From: Candidatus Latescibacterota bacterium
GTDB lineage: Bacteria > Latescibacterota > UBA2968 > UBA8231
DNA length: 64,000 bases
Direction: 5' to 3'
Assembly: GCA_965243025.1 (NCBI GenBank)
Contig: CBDETY010000003.1
Coordinates: 640,001 to 704,000, forward strand
Shown one piece after another: positions 19,627 through 28,653 of this stretch (position 1 is the stretch's first letter; every line of letters begins with the position of its first letter). The notes beneath the pieces were generated by a model, which was not told the DNA's origin, made no database searches, and saw nothing but the letters and a program-made list of their open reading frames with translations. Made by a program: the position numbers and the translations under genes.

Positions 19627-20808
19627 TTACTCCAACGACACGCGGGCGAGGTAGATCGAGCAGGGCGCCATCTTGCCCGGCAGCGGTCCCGGCCCCATGC
19701 GCAGCTTGTCGTCGGTGCTCTCGGAGCAGCTGTAGTAGACGACGAGCAGCTCCCCCTCTTCGGTGACCTCGATTCCGGGGTACGATCCGTCCCCCCAGCT
19801 CGGCAGCGTCGTTTGCGCCCTCACCACCCCGGTCTCCTCGTCGAGCAGCCAGATGCGCGTGGGGCACCAGGCATCGCTCTCGATGCCCGGGGCGAAGCGG
19901 GACGGCACGCTGGTCCCCTCGACGAGGCCGCGGCCGGCGACGATCCAGCGGCCGCTGACGCGGCGCACCGCCGGGGCCTGGAGGGGCTCGCTCAGGGGGA
20001 TCCGCCGCCACGTGCGGAACGGGGGCTCGCTGCTGTAGGCCATGGCGGGCCGCTTGAGGCTGGCGCCGGTGCGGCTGACCAGCAGGATGCGGCCGTCTTC
20101 GGTGAAATCGAAGTCCGGCTCGTCGTTGTCGTCGGTTGCGATGTCGGCGGTCTTCTCCCAGTGCTCGCCGTCCTCCGAGGCGAACAGCGAGGCGCTCTCG
20201 AACATCTCGATCTCATCCGCGTCCGGAATCATGCGCTCCAGCTCCGGGGTCAGGCTCCAGGACTGGCCGTGGCACAAGTACCCTGCCAGGTAATGCCTGC
20301 CGCCGAAACTGTGCGGCCGCCAGACGCGCCAGCCGGGTCCGAGCAGGGGGCGCGGCTCGGAGAAGGTGCGCCCGTCCTCGCTCCAGGCGATGCCGCTCTG
20401 GTGCAGGGCCTCGTGGTGCCGCGCCCAGCGCTCGAAGCTCTGCGGCGATCCTCCGAGCTGGCGCCAGCGGCGGGCAAGCGACTCCCTGGGCCCGGCGTCG
20501 GCGTCGCCGACTCCCTGGCGGTAGTAGTTGAAGACCACGTAGAGCCGCTCTTCGGTCGGCAGCAGCTTCGGGCAGGTGCCGCCGCGGGTGGCGTCGTCCG
20601 AGGGGGCCCACTCGTCGGGGCCGGTCGCGTGCTCCCGCACCCACTCGACGCCGTCTGCCGAGGAGAGGAAGCAGAGGCCGTGGCCGCCGCCGTGGCCGCC
20701 TCCGCCGCAGTTGAAGGCGACGTACCAGCGCCCCCTCCAGCGGCAGATGTCGGGCCAGGCGTTGTGGCGGCCGTCGGCGTAGATCTCCTGCACGTTGAGC
20801 CATCGCAT
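19627..20808 (-). CDS. Sialidase-like beta-propeller protein
   Basis: Start MRWLNVQEIYADGRHNAWPD; Asp-box-like SADGVEW, SEDGRTF, SEDGEHW; C-terminal LPSWGDGSYPG..YYS. Confidence 0.65.
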   Translation of the reverse strand: MRWLNVQEIYADGRHNAWPDICRWRGRWYVAFNCGGGGHGGGHGLCFLSSADGVEWVREHATGPDEWAPSDDATRGGTCPKLLPTEERLYVVFNYYRQGVGDADAGPRESLARRWRQLGGSPQSFERWARHHEALHQSGIAWSEDGRTFSEPRPLLGPGWRVWRPHSFGGRHYLAGYLCHGQSWSLTPELERMIPDADEIEMFESASLFASEDGEHWEKTADIATDDNDEPDFDFTEDGRILLVSRTGASLKRPAMAYSSEPPFRTWRRIPLSEPLQAPAVRRVSGRWIVAGRGLVEGTSVPSRFAPGIESDAWCPTRIWLLDEETGVVRAQTTLPSWGDGSYPGIEVTEEGELLVVYYSCSESTDDKLRMGPGPLPGKMAPCSIYLARVSLE

Positions 20809-20912
20809 GGCAGCTTGCTCCTGCGTATTGTTGGGGGAGCAATATACCCCCCCTGCCCCAGGGGAACGATCATGACCGAGCTGACACGGCAGTACCGCGA
20901 GAAGGGACCGGG

Positions 20913-22103
20913 ATGAGCCTCTACCGCCGGGCGCTGCGCCCCTTGCTGTTCCGCCTCGACCCGGAGCGGGCCCACAACGGCGCAATCGCCATGGGAGCGG
21001 CGCTTGGCAGGACGGGATTCGGGGCCGCGGCTGCCGGCCGGCTCTTCCGCTTCGAGGACGACCGCCTGCGGCAGCAGGTTGCGGGGATGACCTTCGCCAA
21101 CCCGGTCGGCCTCGCCGCCGGCTTCGACAAGAGCGGCAGGGCGGTGCGCGGGCTGGCGGCCCTCGGCTTCGGCAGCATCGAGGTCGGCTCGGTGTCGGCG
21201 CGCCCCTCCCGGGGAAACCCCGACCGGCCGCGGCTGTTCCGCCTGCCCGCGGACGAGGCCATCGTCGTCTACTACGGCGTCCCCAACGACGGCGCCGAGG
21301 TGGTGGCGCGGCGGCTGGCGCGCTGCGGGGTGAAGGTTCCGCTCGGGGTCAACCTCGTCGAGACCAACACCGGGATCCCGGCCCCGGCGGGCGAAGTGAT
21401 GGCGGAGCTGGGCGAGGCGGCGCGGGCATTCTCCGGGGTCGCCGGCTACCTCGCGTTGAATCTCAACTGCCCCAACACCAGCGGCGGCCGCAGCCCGTTC
21501 GACGACGCGGCGATGATCCGCGAACTGCTGGGCCTGCTCGCCGGCATCCCCGGGCTGCCCCCGGTGTTCCTCAAGCTGACCGCCAGCGCCGATCCTGCCC
21601 GCCGCGACGGGGTGCTGGAGGCGATCGACGGTTTCCCGTTCGTAAAGGGGATCATCTTCAACCTGCCCCCGGGGATACCTGCGCAGGGACTGAGGACCCC
21701 CGCCGCGGAGCTGGCGCGCATGCCGGGAACGCTGTGCGGCCCACCCGTCAGGGAGCTCGTCAACCGGGCGATCAGCGCCTGGTACCCCCACCTCGACCAC
21801 TCCCGTCACGTCATCGTCGGCAGCGGCGGCATCTCCTCCGCGGAGGACGCGTACGGGAAGATCCGCCTCGGGGCGACCCTGCTGCAGCTGTACACCGCCC
21901 TCGTTTTCAGGGGGCCGGGGATCGTCCGGGAGATCAACCGCGGCCTGTGCCGGCTCCTCGAACGGGACGGATTCTCCCACCTGAGCGAAGCGGTCGGGGC
22001 GGACTGCGTTTCCGGGGGCCGCCCGGCGGCCGGGGCGGCACCAGGACCGGGGGGCATCGGTTCGACTGCCATTCCGGGCGCGAGCCGGGGATCGAGCGGG
22101 TGA
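20913..22103 (+). CDS. pyrD: Quinone-dependent dihydroorotate dehydrogenase (class 2)
   Basis: LFRLDPERAH, NPVGLAAGFDK, GNPDRPRLFRL, NLNCPNT, GSGGISS, GATLLQLYTALVFRGP. Confidence 0.9.
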   Translation: MSLYRRALRPLLFRLDPERAHNGAIAMGAALGRTGFGAAAAGRLFRFEDDRLRQQVAGMTFANPVGLAAGFDKSGRAVRGLAALGFGSIEVGSVSARPSRGNPDRPRLFRLPADEAIVVYYGVPNDGAEVVARRLARCGVKVPLGVNLVETNTGIPAPAGEVMAELGEAARAFSGVAGYLALNLNCPNTSGGRSPFDDAAMIRELLGLLAGIPGLPPVFLKLTASADPARRDGVLEAIDGFPFVKGIIFNLPPGIPAQGLRTPAAELARMPGTLCGPPVRELVNRAISAWYPHLDHSRHVIVGSGGISSAEDAYGKIRLGATLLQLYTALVFRGPGIVREINRGLCRLLERDGFSHLSEAVGADCVSGGRPAAGAAPGPGGIGSTAIPGASRGSSG

Positions 22104-22341
22104 CCGGTCGCGGGAGCGGCCGCATCCTGGCCGAGGTCTTCGAGCTCGAACGATTGGGAAACCTGTCGCGGCTTTCGGGCAGCTTCCTGCCTTGGGGCCG
22201 GCGTTTTAAATGGAACGGTCGCTGCCGGCAGGACTCGTCTGCCAGAACCGAAAAGCGGGAGAAGGAACCGGGTTGCTGGACCTCCCCGGCGGCCGCTGCT
22301 ACCTTGGCGTTTTCCCCCATGACTCCGGACCGGAAGGACCG

Positions 22342-23754
22342 ATGTACGGCGAACTGCACCGGCCGCAGTTTCACTTCACTCCGCGGGCGCACTGGATGAA
22401 CGATCCCAACGGGCTCGTCTGTTACAAGGGGGAGTACCACCTCTTCTTCCAGCACAGCCCGGGCTTCGTCTACCACGCCCCCAACTCGTGGGGACACGCC
22501 GTCAGCACCGACCTCGTGCACTGGGAGCAGCTGGAGGATGCGATCACCCCGGACGAGTACGGATTCATCTGGTCCGGTTCCGGGCTGGTCGACTGGAACG
22601 ACACCGCCGGCCTGAAACGGGGGAGCGAGGACACCCTCGTCGCCGTCTACACCACCGGGGGCTTCGGCGATCCGGTGAGTCCCTGCGTGCAGGCGATCGC
22701 CTTCAGCAACGACCGCGGCCGCACCTTTTCCCCGTACGAAGGCAACCCGGTGCTCGGCCACGTCCGCGCCCGCAACCGCGACCCCAAGGTCGTCTGGCAC
22801 GAGCCGACACGGCGATGGATCATGGCCCTCTACCTCGACGGGATCGATTTCGCCCTCTACGGATCCGGCGACCTGAAACAGTGGGAGTTCCTCTCCGAGC
22901 TGCAGGTCGAAGGGACCGGCGAATGTCCCGACCTGTTCGAGCTGCCCGTCGACGGCGATCCCGGCAACCGGCGCTGGGTCTTCTGGGGAGCCGCCGGGGT
23001 GTACCTGGTCGGGAGGTTCGACGGCACCCGGTTCGTTCCCGAAACCCCGCCGCTGGTGTGTGAGGCAGGACCCAACGGCTACGCCGCGCAAACCTTCAGC
23101 GACGTGCCGCCCGGAGACGGGCGCACGATCCAGATGTCCTGGATGAGGGGAGGCCGCTACCCGGGAATGCCGTTCAACCAGCAGCAGTCGTTCCCGGTGG
23201 AGCTGACCCTGCGCACGACCGCGGCCGGCATCCGTCTGTTCCGCGAGCCGGTCGGGGAGATCGAGCTGATCTACGAACGGAAGCTCGAGTGGCGCGCTCT
23301 CGACCTGAAGCCGGGTATGAACCGCCGGGCGGTGTTCGTCCGCTACGGTCCGGCCTGGAAGGAGCGCATGGCCGATGCCCACGACAACCTGATTCCGGAA
23401 ACCCGCGGCGACCTGTTCGACATCCGCGCCACCGTCGCCCCTGGCGACGCGGCCGGTTTCGGGGTCCGGATCCACGGGGAGGAGCTGCACTGCGACGCGG
23501 CCGGAACCATCCGCTTTCTCGACCGCGAGGTGGCCGCGCCCACCGGACCGGAGGGCAGGCTCGACCTGCGGCTGCTCGTCGACAGGACCTCGCTGGAGCT
23601 GTTCGCCAACGGCGGCGAGGTCTCGGCTTCGTTCTGCTACCTGCCCGGACCGCGCGACTGCGCGCTCGAGTTCTACGCCGAAGGGGGCACCGTCCGCTTC
23701 GACGAGCTGACCGTTTGGGAACTGAAACCAGCATGGAAGGAAACGCAACCATGA
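22342..23754 (+). CDS. Glycoside hydrolase family 32 (levanase/beta-fructofuranosidase-like)
   Basis: RPQFHF, WMNDPNG, WGHAVSTDLVHW, WSGS, RDPKV, ECPD catalytic motifs; ATG at 22342. Confidence 0.9.
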   Translation: MYGELHRPQFHFTPRAHWMNDPNGLVCYKGEYHLFFQHSPGFVYHAPNSWGHAVSTDLVHWEQLEDAITPDEYGFIWSGSGLVDWNDTAGLKRGSEDTLVAVYTTGGFGDPVSPCVQAIAFSNDRGRTFSPYEGNPVLGHVRARNRDPKVVWHEPTRRWIMALYLDGIDFALYGSGDLKQWEFLSELQVEGTGECPDLFELPVDGDPGNRRWVFWGAAGVYLVGRFDGTRFVPETPPLVCEAGPNGYAAQTFSDVPPGDGRTIQMSWMRGGRYPGMPFNQQQSFPVELTLRTTAAGIRLFREPVGEIELIYERKLEWRALDLKPGMNRRAVFVRYGPAWKERMADAHDNLIPETRGDLFDIRATVAPGDAAGFGVRIHGEELHCDAAGTIRFLDREVAAPTGPEGRLDLRLLVDRTSLELFANGGEVSASFCYLPGPRDCALEFYAEGGTVRFDELTVWELKPAWKETQP

Positions 23755-24749
23755 CAAACCTCGGATTCATCGGCCTCGGCGGCATGTCGCGCAGCCAGAT
23801 GTCGGCGTTCGAGCCGCTTCGGGGCTGCCGCCTGCGCGCCGGCGCCGACCCTTCGGAAGAGGCGCGCGAGCTGGCCGCCGAGCGCGTTCCCGGCATGAAG
23901 CTGTACGCCGACCACCGGGAGATGCTCGCCGACCCGGAGATCGACGCGGTGGTGGTGGCGACGCAGACGCTTTACCACAAGGCGACAGCCATCGACGCCA
24001 TGCGCGCCGGCAAGCCGGTGATGACGGAGAAGCCGATGGCGCGCACGGTCGCCGACTGCCGGCGGATGATAGAGGTGTCGAGGCAGACCGGGCAGCTGCT
24101 GATGGTCGCCCACTGCCGGCGCTTCGATTCGATCTGGGGGGCCTGGGGCAAGGCCGTCGTCGAGGGGCGCATCGGCGCCCCGGTGCTGTGGCGCGACGTC
24201 TCGGCCAGCCTCAACGGCAGGTGGTTCATGGACGACCGGATCGGCGGCGGCCCGCTCATCGACGGGGCGGTGCACAACTACGACTTCGCCAACATGATCT
24301 GGGGAGATCCGCAGAGCGTGGTGGCGAGCTCGATCAAGCTGAACCCGGAGGTCACCGCGGTCGACACAGGCACCGCGGTCGTCGAGTACCCGGGCGGCAA
24401 CAAGCTGATGATGAGCTGGTCCTGGGCGACGCGCGGCACGCGCCTGTTCGACGTTCTCGGCAGCAGGGGATCGATAACGACCGGCACCGGCTCGCTGGGG
24501 GTCCCCGCCAACGCCCGGCCGGGGCAGACCTTCTACTGCCTGACCGATTCCCGGGGCAGGGAGAAGCTGATCCGGACGCGGGGCGTGGCCGCGGACATGT
24601 ACCGGAGGCAGGCGCGCCATTTCCTCGCCTGCATCGCCGGGAAGGAGGAGTGCATCACTCCCGGCACCGAGGCGATCAAGGCGGTCGCCGTCGCCGAAGC
24701 GGTGTTGAAGGCCGGGCCCCGGGGCGGGGCCCGCAAGGTAACCTGGTAG
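23751..24749 (+). CDS. Gfo/Idh/MocA family oxidoreductase
   Basis: GFIGLGGM, EKPMA, GGGPLIDGAVHNYD; ATGA overlap with the GH32 stop. Confidence 0.9.
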   Translation: MTNLGFIGLGGMSRSQMSAFEPLRGCRLRAGADPSEEARELAAERVPGMKLYADHREMLADPEIDAVVVATQTLYHKATAIDAMRAGKPVMTEKPMARTVADCRRMIEVSRQTGQLLMVAHCRRFDSIWGAWGKAVVEGRIGAPVLWRDVSASLNGRWFMDDRIGGGPLIDGAVHNYDFANMIWGDPQSVVASSIKLNPEVTAVDTGTAVVEYPGGNKLMMSWSWATRGTRLFDVLGSRGSITTGTGSLGVPANARPGQTFYCLTDSRGREKLIRTRGVAADMYRRQARHFLACIAGKEECITPGTEAIKAVAVAEAVLKAGPRGGARKVTW

Positions 24750-24783
24750 CGCGCGAGCGCATTGACATGATGGGAGAAGCAGA

Positions 24784-25740
24784 ATGATCAGAATAGCCGG
24801 ATGGTGCCACGACCTTTCCGATTCCAACCTGAAGCGGCTGTGCCAGCTCGGGGTCGACTGCTGCGACGGCATGCCGCTGCCGGCGGACGACCGCGGCGTA
24901 TTCGATCTCGACGAGGCGCTGAAGATCAGGAAGAAGATCCACTCCTGGGGGATGCAGGTGAACCGCGTCAGCCTGCCGAACCTCGGCGAGGCCTTCATGG
25001 ACGGGAAGGAGGGGGCCGATGACAACCTCGACGCGGTCTGCGACGCGCTGCGGGTGCTCGGGGAAGCGGGGTATCCCCTCGGCAGGGTCAACTTCCATTA
25101 CAGCACCTACGACTGGATGGTCGGGGGGTACGAGGCCCCCCACCGGGGCGGCTACCTCGCCCGCGGCGGCAGCCTGGCGAGGGCGGAGGACAAGTCCCCG
25201 CCGCCGCCCGCCGAGGTGCAGGAGCAGCGCTGGTCGAGAGTGTGCGCCGCGTACGAGCGCCTCGTGCCGATCGCCGAGGAGAACGGGGTGAAGCTGATGA
25301 TGCACCCCTCGGATCCGCCCAACCCCGACGCCCTCTTCGGCGGCCTCGGGCTGCACCGGCTGATCGACGCCTTCCCCAGCCCGAGCGTGGGGTACCTGTA
25401 CTGCTGCGGCACCCGCGCCCAGGCCGGCGGCCTGCCCCTGGTGCTCGACGAGCTGCACAACTACGGCCGCAAGGGGAAGCTGTTCGAGGTCCACTTCCGC
25501 AACGTGCGCGCCAGCCTCGCCACCGCCGGCGCCTTCGAGGAGACCCTGCTCGACGACGGCGACATGAACATGTTCAAGATCCTGCTCGAGCTCAGGCGCG
25601 TCGGCTTCGACGGCTGCCTCAACCCCGACCACTACCCGCGTCTCGAGGGGGACGTCGTCAAGGTCGACGGCAACACCCACTCGTTCGCCTACTCGGTCGG
25701 GTACATCAAGGCGCTGCTCGCCGCCCTGGCCTGCGTGTAG
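24784..25740 (+). CDS. Mannonate dehydratase (UxuA)-like protein
   Basis: LVPIAEENGVKLMMHPSDPP, VHFRNV, GDMNM, PDH. Confidence 0.75.
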   Translation: MIRIAGWCHDLSDSNLKRLCQLGVDCCDGMPLPADDRGVFDLDEALKIRKKIHSWGMQVNRVSLPNLGEAFMDGKEGADDNLDAVCDALRVLGEAGYPLGRVNFHYSTYDWMVGGYEAPHRGGYLARGGSLARAEDKSPPPPAEVQEQRWSRVCAAYERLVPIAEENGVKLMMHPSDPPNPDALFGGLGLHRLIDAFPSPSVGYLYCCGTRAQAGGLPLVLDELHNYGRKGKLFEVHFRNVRASLATAGAFEETLLDDGDMNMFKILLELRRVGFDGCLNPDHYPRLEGDVVKVDGNTHSFAYSVGYIKALLAALACV

Positions 25741-25915
25741 GGGTTCCTGTAATCCAAGTGACGAAAGTCCCGCAGACCGCCCCGCGCATCGCCGGCCAAC
25801 ACCAAATCTGCAGTCTGCGCGACGACAATCAGCTTGAGGAAAGCACCGCTTTCCGTCGTGCGCCGGAAATTGAAAATGGCTCCTGAATGCCGGATTACCT
25901 GGAGTCGTTGACGCC

Positions 25916-26107
25916 GTGCCCAAAGTATCGGATGCGATTCGCAGAATCGAAGATGATGGTTGGCGACAGGTTCGCCACAAAGGCAGCCATCGCCATTACA
26001 AGCATCCTTCCAAGCCAGGCCTTGTAACCATAGCCGGGAAGCCCAGCAAAGACTTGTCCCCAAAAACATTTCGCAGCATCCTAAGGCAAGCCGGCCTGTT
26101 GCAATAG
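25916..26107 (+). CDS. hicA: HicA family mRNA interferase toxin
   Basis: 63 aa; GW..VRHKGSHRHYKHPSKPGLVTI..L...T..SILRQAG. Confidence 0.92.
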   Translation: MPKVSDAIRRIEDDGWRQVRHKGSHRHYKHPSKPGLVTIAGKPSKDLSPKTFRSILRQAGLLQ

Positions 26108-26117
26108 AGGTGCATCA

Positions 26118-26342
26118 ATGAACCCAACGACCATGAAAGTCTATACCGTAGTCTTCGAACGGACGGGCACCGGCTATTCCGCTTACTTGCCCGATTTGCC
26201 CGGTTGCGTAGCCGCCGGCGATACCAAGGAAGAGACCGAACGACTGATAGCCGAAGCCGTCTCCGAACACCTGGACATGCTCGCAAACGAAGGGATCCCT
26301 ATCCCACAACCCGTCGATGCAGTCCTTGTCTCCCCCGCCTGA
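26118..26342 (+). CDS. hicB: HicB family antitoxin (short form)
   Basis: YSAYLPDLPGCVAAGDT.EE....EA...HL..L...G..IP. Confidence 0.92.
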   Translation: MNPTTMKVYTVVFERTGTGYSAYLPDLPGCVAAGDTKEETERLIAEAVSEHLDMLANEGIPIPQPVDAVLVSPA

Positions 26343-26460
26343 CTAAAAAATAGGAACTTATACCGGTGGGTTACGGAAGCTGATTTCTTAGCTTTCAGCT
26401 TCCCGGCGTGAGAGCCGAAAAAAAGGGCCTCAGGGAAACACTTTGAAGGGGAGATGTCCT

Positions 26461-26760
26461 ATGGCCGCTTACCAGACATTTCATCAGGCATATGATGAAG
26501 CCATTCTGAGAATCGGATGGAAACAGATACAGAATGGAGCAGCCGCATTTCAGGAGGTGGAATTAGAGATAGAGTCCGTATTAGTTTCAGAACTACGATC
26601 TCATAAGAAGGCTCGTTTTATCGAGGTCAATAATGCGTTAATGATTCAGCTGACTGATGACGGGAAAAACGCCTTTATTGCATTGGCAATGGAGCGGAAA
26701 CAATCAGCTGATCAGTACACAGAAAAGAGCTTGATGGAGGCTCTCTTACTCACCTCCTGA
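26461..26760 (+). CDS. Hypothetical protein (transposon cargo)
   Basis: 99 aa ORF with GGGGAG RBS-like sequence upstream. Confidence 0.55.
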   Translation: MAAYQTFHQAYDEAILRIGWKQIQNGAAAFQEVELEIESVLVSELRSHKKARFIEVNNALMIQLTDDGKNAFIALAMERKQSADQYTEKSLMEALLLTS

Positions 26761-26958
26761 TTCTTCCTCACCTTCCGTGCCGCTTCTGTCACCTTGTATC
26801 CGCTCGATCTCTAACAGCTTCAAGCAGAGATCGATACGTTGATTAAGACAGTTACTCGGATCCGCGATGAACTTTTTCAGATCCATCTTTAGGCTGAGTA
26901 CTGCCGCATCTGTGCTGAGTGACGGTTGTTCTTTTTTGCTGGTTTCCACTTGAATCAT
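26746..26958 (-). CDS. Hypothetical protein (transposon cargo)
   Basis: 70 aa ORF preceded by AAGGAG. Confidence 0.5.
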   Translation of the reverse strand: MIQVETSKKEQPSLSTDAAVLSLKMDLKKFIADPSNCLNQRIDLCLKLLEIERIQGDRSGTEGEEESGGE

Positions 26959-26972
26959 TCTCCTTGAGCGTG

Positions 26973-27007
26973 AAAAACGTCCCTCCGCGCAGGAGCAGAG
27001 GGGCGTT
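26973..27007 (-). terminator. Probable intrinsic terminator
   Basis: Minus strand AACGCCCCTC..GAGGGACGTT stem running into a T tract, just after the 27035 stop. Confidence 0.55.
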
Positions 27008-27034
27008 GGTGTTTTCGATTCGCGTCAGGTTGAC

Positions 27035-27286
27035 CTATTTCAGGCGCCGGTAGAAGCCATCCTGAATCATCTCGATTTTACCCTGACGTGGAAGTTGTCG
27101 AGTCAAAACTTCTGAAAGAGAATTATATGGGTTCTCTGCTCTTGATTTTGTCTTTTTCAAAATCCTGTCAAACCGAACCCTGACCTTGAGATCGGCAGCA
27201 TAGAAAGTGCACCCGCAGGGTACGAAACTCACGATTTCATCCCATACGGCTTGTTTCCATGAGATTCTCTTTTCAGACTGGCTCAT
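27035..27286 (-). CDS. Small winged-helix-like protein (resembles DpnI C-terminal wH domain)
   Basis: AGGAGG upstream; SWKQAVWDEI..F..NP..SLSEVLTRQLPRQGKIEMIQDGFYRR. Confidence 0.55.
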   Translation of the reverse strand: MSQSEKRISWKQAVWDEIVSFVPCGCTFYAADLKVRVRFDRILKKTKSRAENPYNSLSEVLTRQLPRQGKIEMIQDGFYRRLK

Positions 27287-27334
27287 CTTGCTCGGTTCCG
27301 CCTCCTTCCCGGTTCCGGTTCGGCGAATCCGCTC

Positions 27335-27350
27335 ACCGGTCATGACCGGT
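27335..27350. promoter_or_regulatory. Perfect 16-bp palindrome, candidate operator
   Basis: ACCGGTCATGACCGGT in the intergenic region upstream of the wH-like gene. Confidence 0.35.
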
Positions 27351-27384
27351 CAGGGATCGCCAGCAAGCCGGTGGGGTTCCCCCT

Positions 27385-27624
27385 CTATGTAGATATGGAT
27401 ACGGAAAGGAATGATCCAGATCGGCTTGGATGTATTATCAATAAATTTGCTTCATGCGGTTTTCGATCTATGTGATGATTCCACTCATCGATTCCGGACT
27501 TGATGGTGGCCGGGGTCAGGAGGCGCCAGCTTTTCTGGTCAGCCACCATCTCGCGGAGGGAATTGCTCTTCCTTGACTTGAAATCTTCCCCTCCTACCAG
27601 AATTTCAGCATAACAAAGGTCCAT
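27385..27624 (-). CDS. Hypothetical protein (transposon cargo)
   Basis: 79 aa ORF within a tightly packed minus-strand run. Confidence 0.4.
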   Translation of the reverse strand: MDLCYAEILVGGEDFKSRKSNSLREMVADQKSWRLLTPATIKSGIDEWNHHIDRKPHEANLLIIHPSRSGSFLSVSIST

Positions 27625-27929
27625 CTAAGCCACTCGGATAGGGATTTTCGTCTAGAAAGACGTGGGTTAGGGGATAGTATGTTAGGTTCCTCGCATAGCC
27701 TACGGATAAGACTCATGTCTTTTGTGATCGTCTCATTGAGGAGGTGTAATGATTCCCTAGGCATACCCGATCCATTATCTTCCGAAGCTAGGCCAATGGT
27801 GTTTCTAAGGTGAGATTGGATGTCCTCAGTTGACATGCCTCTGCTCTTAAAGTCTCTGGCACACATTAGAGCAACGATAATTCTAAGAGAGTATATGTGT
27901 GCCAGTAGCTGATGTTCTTGACATGACAT
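27594..27929 (-). CDS. Hypothetical protein (transposon cargo)
   Basis: 111 aa ORF starting 3 bp after the upstream stop. Confidence 0.45.
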   Translation of the reverse strand: MSCQEHQLLAHIYSLRIIVALMCARDFKSRGMSTEDIQSHLRNTIGLASEDNGSGMPRESLHLLNETITKDMSLIRRLCEEPNILSPNPRLSRRKSLSEWLRWTFVMLKFW

Positions 27930-27932
27930 ATA

Positions 27933-28187
27933 TCATACCTCTGGTATGTTAAATTCATCCACTATATTCTGTACTGGAATGTCTCTGTTAATACACCACT
28001 CAACGGCCGATTGCGTTGTGAAAAGAACTTTCCAACTATTCGTCCTATCTTGAGTCAAATAATAGATGTTTCCTCTGGATCGGTACCGAAATAGCTTTTC
28101 GAGTTTGGTGGAACATGTGTCTATGGGTTCCGCATTCTCGGTGTTAAAAGCCATCTGTCCGTCAATAGTCTCTCCGATTATTTTCAT
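27933..28187 (-). CDS. Hypothetical protein (transposon cargo)
   Basis: 84 aa ORF with GAGGGAG RBS. Confidence 0.6.
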   Translation of the reverse strand: MKIIGETIDGQMAFNTENAEPIDTCSTKLEKLFRYRSRGNIYYLTQDRTNSWKVLFTTQSAVEWCINRDIPVQNIVDEFNIPEV

Positions 28188-28196
28188 AATACTCCC

Positions 28197-28445
28197 TCAG
28201 TCTCGTAGATCCGGGACCACAGCGGCGACTCTCGCCGCTATTCCAGTCTGACGGCCCAGAGCGGATAGCTCGCTCAGGGCCTTCTGGCGTTTCTGCTCCG
28301 CCCGATTGCAAGACATGGCTACCTGATGGATTTCTTCATGGTATGGACGCGAGAGGAGATGGGCGAACTCCGGCTTGCGGTTAGTGTCATGCACAATCCA
28401 CGACCGCGCTCTTCCAGTTACCCGGTAGCTAACCTGAATCGCCAT
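28197..28445 (-). CDS. Hypothetical protein (transposon cargo)
   Basis: MAIQVSYRV.., AAGGA upstream, overlaps the previous stop. Confidence 0.45.
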   Translation of the reverse strand: MAIQVSYRVTGRARSWIVHDTNRKPEFAHLLSRPYHEEIHQVAMSCNRAEQKRQKALSELSALGRQTGIAARVAAVVPDLRD

Positions 28446-28632
28446 CAGCCGGTCCTTTCGATCCTTCTGAGGTGTCATCTGGCCGATTGGGCTTACGCAG
28501 CGACGGATCTGGCGGGTTGGCGGTGGCGAAGATGGCCTGAGCCAGCTCCTCCGGGGTGCAGTCGATCTTCAGGCGCCACTCAGGGCGGCCCTTCTGCTTG
28601 GCGCTGTCGTCTGAATCTGCGCGGTCAGTCAT
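28429..28632 (-). CDS. Small hypothetical protein with KID.TPEELA.A.F motif
   Basis: 67 aa, KGRP..LKIDCTPEELAQAIF. Confidence 0.55.
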   Translation of the reverse strand: MTDRADSDDSAKQKGRPEWRLKIDCTPEELAQAIFATANPPDPSLRKPNRPDDTSEGSKGPADGDSG

Positions 28633-28653
28633 GCTCGGAAATTACCCCCCGGC

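Noticed and set aside
25745-25905. MITE upstream of hicA
   Set aside because: Only a short imperfect inverted match (gtaatcc/ggattac) and no target duplication
25916-26342. hicAB as transposon cargo
   Set aside because: It lies outside the left TSD and TIR
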